This document shows, one piece after another, positions 40,498 to 50,900 of a stretch of DNA of 64,000 nucleotides (the stretch's first letter is position 1; every line of letters starts with the position of its first letter). Origin of the DNA: an uncultured Ignavibacteria bacterium (lineage in GTDB: Bacteria > Zixibacteria > MSB-5A5 > CAIYYT01); contig CAZFNN010000001.1 in assembly GCA_964520555.1 (NCBI GenBank), forward strand, positions 393,761 through 457,760, written 5' to 3'. The notes under the pieces are model-generated. The model made no database searches and was not told where the DNA came from. It saw only the letters and a list, made by a program, of their open reading frames with translations. The position numbers were made by a program, and so were the translations under genes.

Positions 40498-42104
40498 AAC
40501 GCTGTATCGAATCCGAAGTGAACCATTAGTTTATCAAATTGTTTTGATTCCCCCAACGTGAAATCGAGTCGGAACCACCCCAGCGATGTCCGCAGCGAAG
40601 TCCCCGCGCCGAATCCGGTGAGACGCAACTCATCCGAGGCCATCCGCAGCCAGCCGTTGTCGCAAAACACGCGCAGGATCGCGTCATCGCCCGCGAGATA
40701 CTGCAGTTCGGTCGCCCCAACCGCGCCTTCCCGCGCCAGGAACGCCTTCTCGCGATACCCCCGTAGCGTCGCCACGCCGCCAATCTCCAAAAACTGCTCG
40801 AGTGGAATCGGCGCGAAGTCGGACTTGACCTGAAACAACAAACCGTGTTGGTACAGCATGAACCCGCCGCCCACCGCCAGCCAGCCCGACCCGTCAATCA
40901 CCAGCCGCGTCGAATAACCGGTCCTTACGCCGTCGCCTTCTGCAAACGACTTGCGATACGCGGTTGCGAATTCGGTGCTGACGCGCACCGCACTCGCGCG
41001 CACGGCAGCCGGATCGCGGCCGTCATAGGCCGTCGTCAGGGCCGCCTCCACAATTCGCGCCGACGGCGCCGCCCGCCCCACATCCGGCGTGATCTTGTGC
41101 CAGCTCAAGCGGGCGCCGAGCAGCCAGTCGAGATCGAGATGATAGTCGATCAGAAGCGCCGCCCGCGTGCTCACGAAGTTCGAGTCGCGATCGACCTGCG
41201 CCGCGGCGATACCAACGTCAAACTCCGTTCCACCGACATACGGCAGCCCCGCCGTTAGCGCCAGCTCGCGCGACGCGGCATTGCGGCGCGACCACTTCCA
41301 GCCGACCCGCTCGCCATACCCCAGCACATTGAGGAGTTCCAGGTTAGCTTGCCCCGCCGGCTTGTTTTCCGGATCGAGCGTCAAAACACCTTCCAACGCG
41401 AAATTCCGCCGCTCCCGCACCGGAAAGGCGATATCAGCGTGATTTCCATGCAGATCATGCGCGACCTGCGGCTCGCCTGCGCTCGCTATGAAGTCAAGCT
41501 TGCCCAGCGCCCTAACATCCGCCCGGACATTGCGCTCGCGGTACGGCGTTTCTGACTCCAAATCGACGCGGCGCAGCAACGTGTTCGGGCGGCTCGCGAC
41601 TGCACCCGGAAAACTGATCTTGCCGACCGGCAGCCGCGGACCGGCTATCGCCGAAAACCGCAACTGCGCCCGTCCCTGCGCAATCGCAATCTCGACCAGT
41701 TGAATGCTGGCAAATGGATAGCCCGAATCCGCATACGCCGCGGCCGCCCGCAAGCCAATTCTCTCAATCAGCGCTGCCGATAGCGGCTGGTTCTTGCCGA
41801 ATCCGTCCAATCGCAGATATGCCGAATCGATTCCGTTGATGATCGCGTCGCTCAGACGATAGCGCCTGCCTTCGTCAATCACGACGACGCTATCCTCTGC
41901 GCCGCTCAACTCGACTTCTGCTTCGAAAAAGCCTGCCTCGGTGTAGTTCGCCGCAATTGCGCCCAGCAGTGCTTCTGCATTCGCCGCACGCGCCGCCAAT
42001 TCCCCGAGCGCCCGCGCATCCAAGTGGTGATTCCCCGTGAACCGCAGCCCGCTCGCGGTCGCGGTCAGCACCAGGACCAGTGAGATGGTTCCAAGCGTCC
42101 TCAT
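40494..42104 (-). CDS. POTRA-domain Omp85-superfamily outer-membrane protein (BamA/TamA/TpsB-like)
   Basis: After the signal peptide come POTRA-like repeats (…LRFTGNHHLDARALGELAA…, …ISFPGAVASRPNTLLRRVD…), then a C-terminal beta-barrel region of about 300 aa. I placed the start at ATG 42104, which overlaps the upstream gene's stop in an ATGA arrangement. The track ORF extends to 42170. Confidence 0.55.
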   Translation of the reverse strand: MRTLGTISLVLVLTATASGLRFTGNHHLDARALGELAARAANAEALLGAIAANYTEAGFFEAEVELSGAEDSVVVIDEGRRYRLSDAIINGIDSAYLRLDGFGKNQPLSAALIERIGLRAAAAYADSGYPFASIQLVEIAIAQGRAQLRFSAIAGPRLPVGKISFPGAVASRPNTLLRRVDLESETPYRERNVRADVRALGKLDFIASAGEPQVAHDLHGNHADIAFPVRERRNFALEGVLTLDPENKPAGQANLELLNVLGYGERVGWKWSRRNAASRELALTAGLPYVGGTEFDVGIAAAQVDRDSNFVSTRAALLIDYHLDLDWLLGARLSWHKITPDVGRAAPSARIVEAALTTAYDGRDPAAVRASAVRVSTEFATAYRKSFAEGDGVRTGYSTRLVIDGSGWLAVGGGFMLYQHGLLFQVKSDFAPIPLEQFLEIGGVATLRGYREKAFLAREGAVGATELQYLAGDDAILRVFCDNGWLRMASDELRLTGFGAGTSLRTSLGWFRLDFTLGESKQFDKLMVHFGFDTAL

Positions 42105-45100
42105 TCGAACCTCGACACCAGTTCGCTGCGCAGGAAGTACCGATTCGGCTCGCCCTCGCGCAGCTCGCAATTCCCCAACACCTTGAACACGAACGTCTCC
42201 GACAGCTTGATGTCAACCTTGATCCGCCCGCCGTAATGCATACCCGTTGGGAAACCCTCCGCCATCTGCAGCAAGACACGTCGATCTTCCTTTTCGCTCA
42301 CTTGCAGGCCGAAGATTGCCGCTTCGATCCTCCCTTTAGTCCCCAGGTTGCAGTTTAACCCGGGCGCGATGCGCCAGCTCACCGACTCCAGTTCCAGCGA
42401 GTCGGCGCGCTCCCGGGCCAACGCCACGTTGAGCACATACTCGAACCTGCCGGCGTAGCGGGTTCCGCCGAACTCGATGCGGCGTTCGCGCAGAAACAAA
42501 TTCAGTCGTCCGCTCTCGCGCCAGGTGCGGTTGCGCCCGATCATCGCGGCTGTGGCCACACCTTGCTCCGCGACGGCCTTGTTCAGTCCCGCCCTTAGCT
42601 CCTCGCTGTCGCGCCGCCCCGGGTGCGCCAGATCGAGCCGGTTCACGTCGCGATTGCGCGTATATGACACCTCCGTCCGCAAACCGATCCCGCGATCATA
42701 CCGCTGCAAGCGGTAGTTGTCGCTGCGCTGCGAGTACTTCTCGGCGTTGTCGAAGAACTGCTTCGGCGGCAGAAGCCATTCCCAGGCGAAATCGGCGTCC
42801 GCATCGCCGATCTCGCGATCATTGATCTCATAGCGCGCACTGACGCCGCTGGTCACGACGCTGCGGAAGAACTTGTCGAGCCTCACCTCCAGAGCCAATC
42901 GCTTCTCCGCGTCGACGCTGGGCGCCGTCGTTCCCACCGCTTCGGCCACCAGGATATAATCACCACGCGCCTGCGGAACGTAGACCGAGTCGATCAGGAC
43001 ATAATCGCCTTCCCCCGCATCAACCTTCAAATACGTCTGATTCGATTGCGACACGCCGCGGCGGTTCAGCCGGTAGTTGGCGGTCAGGTCAATCCCGCCC
43101 GCGACTCCCGGCGCCAGCACATCGACCATGCCGGTCTGATAATCCTGGCGTGCGGCCCCGCTGTGATAGCGATTGGCGCTGGCCGTGGCGTTGATCCGGC
43201 GCTGGCCTCCCAGTACGCGCGCCGCCTGCATCATGACGCTCTGCTTCGAATCGAGCAGGTGCCAGCGCCCCCTGTTCTCCCAGTTCTCGCGCAGTCGTCC
43301 CGTCAGCGTCACGCCGCCATACTCTCCGCCCGCTTCAATCTCGCGTTTGCTCAAGGTCATTGCCGCCGAGCCGTCGGTCTGACTCCGGCGCTGATCATAC
43401 TCACCGCGCGCCAACAGCATGACCGGCAACCTGACGGTGCGCACATCCGGCTTGATCCGAATCAGCTTGCGTTCGAGCCCATCTTCTTCCGCAGCCGCTG
43501 CGTCGATCGCCACATTCGTTGCCAGGTTCAGCCGTCCGCTGCTGCTGAAGCGCAGCCCGGCGCGCTCCGACCGAAACTCCGCGCCTTCCCGGGTGATCCC
43601 GCCGAGTAGTTCGCCGGTGAGAGTCGAATCCGGGCGCAGGGTCACCGTGGCGTCGTAGCGATTGCGATCGCGTTGACGGCTCGACGAGCGCTGCCACACG
43701 TAGTCGTCATCAACCTGATCCATCCGGCTGAAACGGTAGAACTGCGCCGGAAGATACTCACCTGCAACTTTCGCCGTCACGACCCGATTCCGCTGCCGAT
43801 ACTCCAACTGCCCGAATCCGGCCGCTTGCGCATTATCATGATCATCCCGCGCCGAAAACCGATTGCGATCATAGTTCGAATACGCCAACTCCCCCGTCAG
43901 CGACAAGGAGGAGTTCAGCGCAATCGAGCCCGCGCCTGCCACCACCTGCGCCGCCTCCGCCAGCGGCAGACGTCGAATCGGCGCATATTGTCCCAGCCCG
44001 GCACCAACAAACTGATATCGGCCGCTGCCCAGATACAAGTAGTCGCCTCCATCGGTCTCGCTGAATGTCACGCGATAATCACCGTTGCCCTCGCCGACAT
44101 ATTCGTAGCGGACAACGCCCACCGAGTCCGTCTCGACACGATAATCACCGGCACCCGCCCCAACTAAGACCGCGCCGGACACCACGGCGGCGGCGGGATC
44201 ATCGCCGGCCGCGGTCAGAGCGGCGATGTCGCCCTCGGTCAGATCAAAATCCAACGGATCGTTGCGAGCGCCAATGACACCGGCGTAGCCGAATGCCAGC
44301 ATGTTTGCACTGTCGCTGCCGGTCAACTGGGCGCCGCTGGTGAACATCGTCTTGCGATATTCGAGCCGCTGAAATTCCAATTCCACCCGCACCCGATCAC
44401 CGGTATCAAGCACTCGCCGTCCGGTGAAAAACAACTCGCCGCGCAGATAGTCGATGTAATAATCCTGGTCGCGCCCGCGCTGCAGCTTGACGCCGTTGAG
44501 CCACACGACGTCCGAGTTTTCCACGACGGCGATACCCGCGTTGCCGCTGCGGTCGCGCAATCGATACGGCCCGTAGTTGCCGTCCTCCGTCGTGAACTGG
44601 TTGTCGAGGAAATTCCCTTGCGGTACCGACACCGAGGCTTCAGTCTTGACACGCTGTTGGCGGTACTCCCATTCCAGACCCTGAACCCGGCGCTCCAACG
44701 TCAGAAACCGAAACCGGTCACGGCGCAGCGCAAAGCTGCCGAACACCGAGTGTAGCCGCGGCGATTCCATCTCCAGGAAGACATTCTCCAACTCCGAAAA
44801 TCGCCGCGTCACCAGCCGGTTATCGCGTAGGCCGCGGTCGGAAAAACTCCCGCGCACCAACACCCCCGGCGCGATCTCGCCCGTTACGCTCATGGTCAAT
44901 CCTTGTGAAAGATTCGAGTGCCCGCGATCGGAGACGTCGGCATAGAAGCTCTTGCTGCCCGATACCTTGAGTTTGCTCTGCGACCGCGGCGGCGCCCCCG
45001 TGTTCGGCGTCTGCGGCGTCGGCACCTGCGCTCGAGCACTGGTGGTGCCGTATTCACGCAAGGCAAACGTGCGTCCGATCAGGCTGTAGTCGCGGCCGAG

Positions 45101-45394
45101 TAAGGCCGTCACCGAATCGCACCCAACCCTACCCTTCAGCAAACACACACGATCTTCGTTTACCACATAATCAGTCCCGGCGCGCAACGTATCGCCGCAG
45201 GCAATGATTGACCGCAGCGTCTCGCCGGCGCCGACTGGCAGACAATCGCCGGCGCTGAGCGCGATTTTGCGCTCGCTGATTAATCCGGAACGGTCTTGAG
45301 CAATGAGGGAAAAAGCGCAGATGAAGATGAGGCTGATTACCGGCCCGATCCGCGCGGCTCGGCAATGATCACGGCAGGGCTGCCGCGATTTCAT
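42101..45394 (-). CDS. Large (1097 aa) beta-rich hypothetical outer-membrane-associated protein, translationally coupled to the Omp85-like gene
   Basis: Hydrophobic N-terminal signal/anchor (VISLIFICAFSLIAQ). It is dominated by alternating aromatic/charged beta-strand patterns (…YRV…YLYL…YQF…), with Gly/Asp-rich segments. I recognise no family. Confidence 0.45.
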   Translation of the reverse strand: MKSRQPCRDHCRAARIGPVISLIFICAFSLIAQDRSGLISERKIALSAGDCLPVGAGETLRSIIACGDTLRAGTDYVVNEDRVCLLKGRVGCDSVTALLGRDYSLIGRTFALREYGTTSARAQVPTPQTPNTGAPPRSQSKLKVSGSKSFYADVSDRGHSNLSQGLTMSVTGEIAPGVLVRGSFSDRGLRDNRLVTRRFSELENVFLEMESPRLHSVFGSFALRRDRFRFLTLERRVQGLEWEYRQQRVKTEASVSVPQGNFLDNQFTTEDGNYGPYRLRDRSGNAGIAVVENSDVVWLNGVKLQRGRDQDYYIDYLRGELFFTGRRVLDTGDRVRVELEFQRLEYRKTMFTSGAQLTGSDSANMLAFGYAGVIGARNDPLDFDLTEGDIAALTAAGDDPAAAVVSGAVLVGAGAGDYRVETDSVGVVRYEYVGEGNGDYRVTFSETDGGDYLYLGSGRYQFVGAGLGQYAPIRRLPLAEAAQVVAGAGSIALNSSLSLTGELAYSNYDRNRFSARDDHDNAQAAGFGQLEYRQRNRVVTAKVAGEYLPAQFYRFSRMDQVDDDYVWQRSSSRQRDRNRYDATVTLRPDSTLTGELLGGITREGAEFRSERAGLRFSSSGRLNLATNVAIDAAAAEEDGLERKLIRIKPDVRTVRLPVMLLARGEYDQRRSQTDGSAAMTLSKREIEAGGEYGGVTLTGRLRENWENRGRWHLLDSKQSVMMQAARVLGGQRRINATASANRYHSGAARQDYQTGMVDVLAPGVAGGIDLTANYRLNRRGVSQSNQTYLKVDAGEGDYVLIDSVYVPQARGDYILVAEAVGTTAPSVDAEKRLALEVRLDKFFRSVVTSGVSARYEINDREIGDADADFAWEWLLPPKQFFDNAEKYSQRSDNYRLQRYDRGIGLRTEVSYTRNRDVNRLDLAHPGRRDSEELRAGLNKAVAEQGVATAAMIGRNRTWRESGRLNLFLRERRIEFGGTRYAGRFEYVLNVALARERADSLELESVSWRIAPGLNCNLGTKGRIEAAIFGLQVSEKEDRRVLLQMAEGFPTGMHYGGRIKVDIKLSETFVFKVLGNCELREGEPNRYFLRSELVSRFE

Positions 45395-46310
45395 AAATCA
45401 CGATGCGATTGTTGCCGGTGTCGCATACGAAAATCTTCCCGTCGGCCCGCACTGCCAGTCCCGTCGGACTGGAGAAATTCAGCCCGCCGCTGCCGGCGCT
45501 GCCTGTCGCCGCGATCACGCTCCCGTCGCGCCCCAGCACCACCAGTTCGTTGCGCTCCTTGTCGGTGGCGATCAATTGCTCCGCCTGCGGCTCGAAGTCG
45601 CCCAACTCGCCGACCCCGGACAGCTCGATCTTGCCGTCCGGATTGCCGAAACCGTCGAAGATGTAAATCGTGTTGCGGTCGCGGTCGTAGACGTAAACGT
45701 CGCCCGCGGCCGCCAGTCGGATCAGCGCGCAGTGGGCAAACCCGCCCGCCGGAAACAACTCCTGTTGGCGCGCATAATCCTTGTCGAGGACAATCACCTT
45801 GAGATTGTCCGGATCAACCAGGTACATATTGCCGAACCGCGAGTACGCCAGCGCGGCGATCTTACCGAGCAGTTGCAGGTCGGGATTGTAATTGAAGCGC
45901 AATTCGTCCGAGAAGATCAGATTGTAGTCGGATCGCACGATGCGGCTGTTGCCCTGATCGAGGATGAAGAAATTGACCCCGCCGTCGGACGCCAGTGCCA
46001 CCGGATTGTTCAATCCGGTCAAGCCGAGTCCGTAACCGCCGTTTTCCTGAATGAACCCGTAGTCGGAACCGAGTTTGACGACGCGGTTATTGCCACGATC
46101 GAGGATGTACAAATTGTTGCTGATGTCGAAGACGATGGCGTTCGGAGCGGAAAATTCGCTGCTGCCGAAGCGGCCCTTGATCTCGCCAAGATAGTTCAAC
46201 CGCATCGCTGGCGGTGGCGCGATCGTCTCAACCGTCTGGCGCGCGGCGCAGGAACACAGCACGACGGCGACGGCCATCATCGTCCCCGCTGTCCACGCTG
46301 TGCGCCACAC
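45369..46310 (-). CDS. NHL-repeat beta-propeller lipoprotein
   Basis: Lipobox VVLCSCAA. Repeated NHL motifs (YILDRGNNRVVKL, FFILDQGNSRIVR, YLVDPDNLKVIVL, YVYDRDRNTIYIF, FVCDTGNNRIVIY). Confidence 0.7.
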   Translation of the reverse strand: MWRTAWTAGTMMAVAVVLCSCAARQTVETIAPPPAMRLNYLGEIKGRFGSSEFSAPNAIVFDISNNLYILDRGNNRVVKLGSDYGFIQENGGYGLGLTGLNNPVALASDGGVNFFILDQGNSRIVRSDYNLIFSDELRFNYNPDLQLLGKIAALAYSRFGNMYLVDPDNLKVIVLDKDYARQQELFPAGGFAHCALIRLAAAGDVYVYDRDRNTIYIFDGFGNPDGKIELSGVGELGDFEPQAEQLIATDKERNELVVLGRDGSVIAATGSAGSGGLNFSSPTGLAVRADGKIFVCDTGNNRIVIYEIAAALP

Positions 46311-46314
46311 GCAA

Positions 46315-47055
46315 TCAGAACCTCGCGCTTAAAGTCACCAACCAGCCGTCTGCCGTCGGCTGCAGTTCGATGCCCGAAAAGCCGGACTCAATCCCGCGAT
46401 TATGGCGGGTCGTGCTCCAGTAGGCATCCACCGCCGAAAGAAAGTGATTCGCGATCAGAAACCCAAGCGCAAAATCGGCGTTGCGGTAAAACGACTTGCT
46501 GTCATTCTTGAGGTCGCGGTACCGGCTGCGCGCGCTGTCCGAACTCCAACGCCAGAAATAAGCCTCGGTATCGGGATAATACTCGCGCTGCGGATCGAAG
46601 GCGCCGCCGACCTTGTTGTATTCCTCGCGTGAAGTGTAGAAACCGACCACGTCGAAAAAACGTTCGTCCTTGCCATCTACATCCGCGCCCGCCTCGCGCG
46701 CCGCCAGCAGCCGATAGTCGTCCTCGCGCCACTTGCCAAGATGCTTGAACGAGATCAGACTCGCCCAGCCGCCCAACTCGGCCGCCATAAAGATCCGCGA
46801 CTTGGTCGTCGAACCGACATACAACTCACCGGCCCCGGGCAGGACCAGCGACATCAAAAACGCCTGCCACGGCTTCTTGCGCATTTTGCCGGCATCCGGC
46901 TTGACTTCGCTGAATCCCTCGCCTTGCTCCACCTGGTATTGGATCGTCGGCTCGGGATCGATCGCTAACGGCGAGCGTTCCAGCGCGATCTGGGCTATTG
47001 CCGCCGGCGCCAACAATAGCGCCAACGCGAATATCAGAATCGTCGGCCGCATCAT
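46315..47055 (-). CDS. Small secreted/outer-membrane protein, paralog B (DUF5683-like PGAGxLY motif)
   Basis: 246 aa. Signal peptide, …FLMSLVLPGAGELYVGSTTKSRIFMAAELGGWA…, C-terminal …LVTLSARF. Clearly paralogous to the next gene upstream. Confidence 0.45.
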   Translation of the reverse strand: MMRPTILIFALALLLAPAAIAQIALERSPLAIDPEPTIQYQVEQGEGFSEVKPDAGKMRKKPWQAFLMSLVLPGAGELYVGSTTKSRIFMAAELGGWASLISFKHLGKWREDDYRLLAAREAGADVDGKDERFFDVVGFYTSREEYNKVGGAFDPQREYYPDTEAYFWRWSSDSARSRYRDLKNDSKSFYRNADFALGFLIANHFLSAVDAYWSTTRHNRGIESGFSGIELQPTADGWLVTLSARF

Positions 47056-47918
47056 CAGAACTTGTAGGTAAACACCAGTTTCGGAATCTGCTGCCCCTCG
47101 TAACGCGCCAGCCGCGCTTTCAGCGAAAACTCGCTGAAACTATCCTGCTGGCGATTGTAGCGCCGCGCCGACAAGGCCGCGTCGAATGCCGAGAGCAGAT
47201 GGTTGGCGATCGCGACGATCGCCCCCAGCTTGGCCCGGTCAAAATTCGTATTCGCTTTGTCGCGGTCGACCAGGTACTTGCCGCGAAACGTCGAAGTCGA
47301 GTCCTTGGTGCGGTAATCGGTGTCGACCCAGCCGTAGTTGAACTGGTCGTACTTGCCGATCATCTCGTAATATTGCTGCGTCTTGGTTTCGGGCAGATGG
47401 TGCGTGAATGTCGCCTCGTCGCGCACCGACTCCATCGTGTCCGAGGTGATCCCGTGCTCTTCGATCAGCCAGTTCGCGTAGCGCTCCGGGTCCCAGTAAC
47501 GGTCGGCATAACTCTTGTTGTCGTCTTCCTGATTGACACCCTTGCTGTGATAAACGTAGTAGCCGGTCCAGGCCAGCGCTTCGACCCCCATAAACATGAA
47601 CGCCTTGGTCCGCGAGCCGGTATAAAGCTGCCCGGCGCCGGGAATCGATAACGAATACAGGAAGCCCTTGCCCGGCGACTTGTAGTTCACGTCGAAGATG
47701 TCCGACGTCATCGGAAAGTCCTCGAAGCCCGATGCGGCAACGCCAAATGTGGTCAGCTGCTGCATGCGCTGATAGCTTTTCAGGTCACGTTCCGCCTGCG
47801 CCTGACTCAATGCACCGACCGTTAGCTTCGTCGGCGTTTCCGCCAGCGCCGCTACCGCCAGCAGTAGAATCAACGCGGCCGAGAAGTACTTCATCATCAG
47901 TCTATCCTCCAAATCCAC
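47055..47918 (-). CDS. Small secreted/outer-membrane protein, paralog A (DUF5683-like PGAGxLY motif)
   Basis: 287 aa. Signal peptide, …FLYSLSIPGAGQLYTGSRTKAFMFMGVEALAWTG…, C-terminal …LVFTYKF. It shares its stop/start nucleotide with paralog B. Confidence 0.45.
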   Translation of the reverse strand: MDLEDRLMMKYFSAALILLLAVAALAETPTKLTVGALSQAQAERDLKSYQRMQQLTTFGVAASGFEDFPMTSDIFDVNYKSPGKGFLYSLSIPGAGQLYTGSRTKAFMFMGVEALAWTGYYVYHSKGVNQEDDNKSYADRYWDPERYANWLIEEHGITSDTMESVRDEATFTHHLPETKTQQYYEMIGKYDQFNYGWVDTDYRTKDSTSTFRGKYLVDRDKANTNFDRAKLGAIVAIANHLLSAFDAALSARRYNRQQDSFSEFSLKARLARYEGQQIPKLVFTYKF

Positions 47919-47921
47919 ATA

Positions 47922-50900
47922 TTATTTCACTATCGCTACCGAGCAGTGCTTGCGCTCGCCGCCGCTCGTTTCTAATTGGCAGAAGTATACTCCCGAAGCC
48001 AGCCGGGAGGTGTCCAGATCGAGTTCGTTGTCAACGCCGGCCGTGCCGGATATCGATGACTCCAACACCAGATCGCCGGCGGTGTTGTATAGCCGCAGCG
48101 ATACCGGCCCCGTCTCACGCAACGTAAACCGGATCGTTGTCGACTCGCGCGCTGGGTTCGGATAGTTGTACACGTAGCCGATCGCGTCGCTCGGATGCTG
48201 CACCGCCGGCAGGCTGCGAATATAGCTGCCGCCATTGGCCCCGCCGCCGTATAACGCGTTCCAGTCGGTGTCGCGTGGCCGCGCCAGCGTAAAGGCCGCA
48301 ATCTCGCCCTCGCGCGTCAACGCCATCACGGCGCCGCTATTCGCGTTCTTCGCAATCGCCAGGGGCAACTCAATATTGCCGCCCGCCGCCCGGGGGAAGT
48401 TCGTCAGACGATGCCCAACGTGGTCAAATCCGGCCACTTCCCCATTCTTGGTACCGACAAACAACTCCATCACCCCGTCGCCGTCCAAATCGACCAGCGC
48501 CGGCGCCGACCGCACCGGCCCGACCGGGTAGGCGCCATTGACGATCAGCGGGAAATTGTCCACCGCCGTTCCGTTCCAGTTGTAAGCATAGATCCGGTTG
48601 TCGCCCCCGAACACGATGTCGACATAGCCGTCATTGTCGATGTCCCCCAGCGCGATCTCGGAAAACACCGACCCGCCAACCTCCACGGTAAACGGTTGAC
48701 CGGCGTAATTGATGCGCAACGTCCCATTCAAGTAAACTTCGACGGTCTCGAACGTGCCGTTGCGGTCGAAGTCCGCCGCTGCTGCGCCGCGCAAGTCGGC
48801 CGCGTTGGCGCCGGCGCGCATCCCGCCCACCGGCGACACCAGCTCAAACCGGTGCAGCGAGTCAGTCATCACCCGGAACGGCCAGACCGCTTCTTCATTC
48901 GTCAGAATCAGCCCGTCCCCGGCTAACACGATCCGTCGGTTGGTCATCGTATAGACCAGAATTTCCTTGCCCGCATTGTTCGGATCGACGTCGGCGATGA
49001 TCGGCGCGATTGCCAGCGGCTCGTCGATAAAGGTCTCAAACCGCTTGACCGCTTCGCCGCTGTACGTCAACGTTCGCGAGTTGAACGCGGCGACCGTAAA
49101 CCGGCTGGTGCCGGAGATGACTTCGGCAAAACCGTCACCGTCCAAATCGCCGATCGCCAGCGGCATGACGAACTCGCGATCGGACGCCACCCGCCCGAAC
49201 ACGCCCAGCGTATCCTGCGCCATCCGGGCGCCGTCGTACGTCTGCCGGTCGACAACCACCTCCGTGCCGGGAATCGGCTGGAACAGCGATCCGCCGCTCA
49301 ACCGGTACGCCAGAATGTAGTTGTCGACACTGGTTAGAATCTCTTCTTCACCATCATTGTTCAGGTCATATACGCGCAGTGCCGATGCCCCGCGCCCGAT
49401 AAAATTCGGCCAGTTCGCCGCCTTGCCCTCAGTACGGATATCGCAGTTCATCGTCGCCACCGCCGCCGAAATATCGCCGATGGTGATCCCCGTGTACGCG
49501 CCGCTCGCCGCCGCCGAATTCGGATTCGTGAACGGCCCCAGCTCGCGGTTGTTGTTGATGTCGAAATAATCCTTGGCGCTGCCGTAGCCGGCAAAATACT
49601 CGCGCCCGAATTGCACCAGCCCATCCGCCTCCATCAGCGTTAAGAACTGATGCCGATTGTCCCACTGCCGCGGATCGGACCGGAAGTTGAACCATTGCAG
49701 ATCGTTGTCATCGAAATTGTTGAATCCGTCACCGTCGTAGTCCAGCCGCGCCACCAATTCATCGACCCGCCAGATCACCATCCCGGTTCCCGGCGTCAGA
49801 TAATCGTACTCCCGCGTGTTCGGCCCGTTCTTCTCGCGCACCGGCCGCAGAAACACGCCGGTGTTCTCATCCTGCTGGATGCCGGTCAATCCGTCGCCGT
49901 CCAAGTCCGTGCGGCGATACTCGATCAGAAAGTACTCGTCGGCATTGATCGGCACGCGAATGATCTGTTGCTCGTCCGTCAGCTTCTCCGCCGGCGCAAT
50001 CTGCACGTTGGCGCCGCTGCTGACCGTCACCACGTCGACGAATCCCAGATACGCGCGCGACCAGGCATCGGGAAATATCGGCATCACCCCCTGCACCAGC
50101 ACCAGCACCTCTTCGCCGAAATCGATATTGACCCCGAATCCGTTGTTGTCCATCAGCGAGAAATCACCCACTGCCGTATTGAATGTTCGCGAGTCGTAAA
50201 GATCGACCAAACCCAGTTGGTGCCCGAACTCGTGCGCCATTACCGCATTCAACGCCGTCACCCGGCCGTCCTGGCACACTGTTTCCGGCATCACCATCCC
50301 GTCCACGATCACCGCCGAGTCGTTCTGCACGAAAATCGGCGCTCCCAACTTGAGATAACCGGTAAACAGATCCCCCGGCGTCGGCTGCCCGAAGTTCGGA
50401 AGGTTGTTCTGCTGATCCGAGCCCGGATGAAACACCACGAAGGCGTCATACAACGGCGCGCCGGTCACCGCATCAGTGAAGCGCAACTCCAGATCGCGAT
50501 CCGCCGCCGCAAAAGCATCGGCGTAGAATTCCGTCAATCCGAACTCCGGCGGCTGCAGCCCGTAATACGCCATCGTCGAATCTAAATCGTACGCCGCCTC
50601 TTCTTCCCGCGGATAGATGTCGAACGTCAGCGTCAGCCGGCCGTTCGAAACCACCTCGTAATATTCCTTCAGCGCCTGCAGGTGCGCGAGAAAATACGCG
50701 TTGTTGTGCGGCGCCGGATCGATCGTGTGCCCTTCCTGCGCCGCAAAATCTTCGCGCGTCCGCAGGTCAAAGGTGCCGTTGCCGGTAGTACGCGAATCGT
50801 CCGGCACTTCCTTGCGAAACTGCGCTTTGATCGCCAGAATCCGAATCACCCGCTGCTCGGTCGCCGCCAGCGCCTGGCGCGGCAACGCATATTTGCTCTC

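Noticed and set aside
45576-46511. Long plus-strand ORFs (45576..46511, 49650..50585, 51784..52482, 52831..53790, 55703..56230, 57261..57863, 22162..22935, 37303..37803) antisense to the supercluster and efflux genes
   Set aside because: All lie entirely within well-supported minus-strand genes and have antisense-type amino-acid composition.
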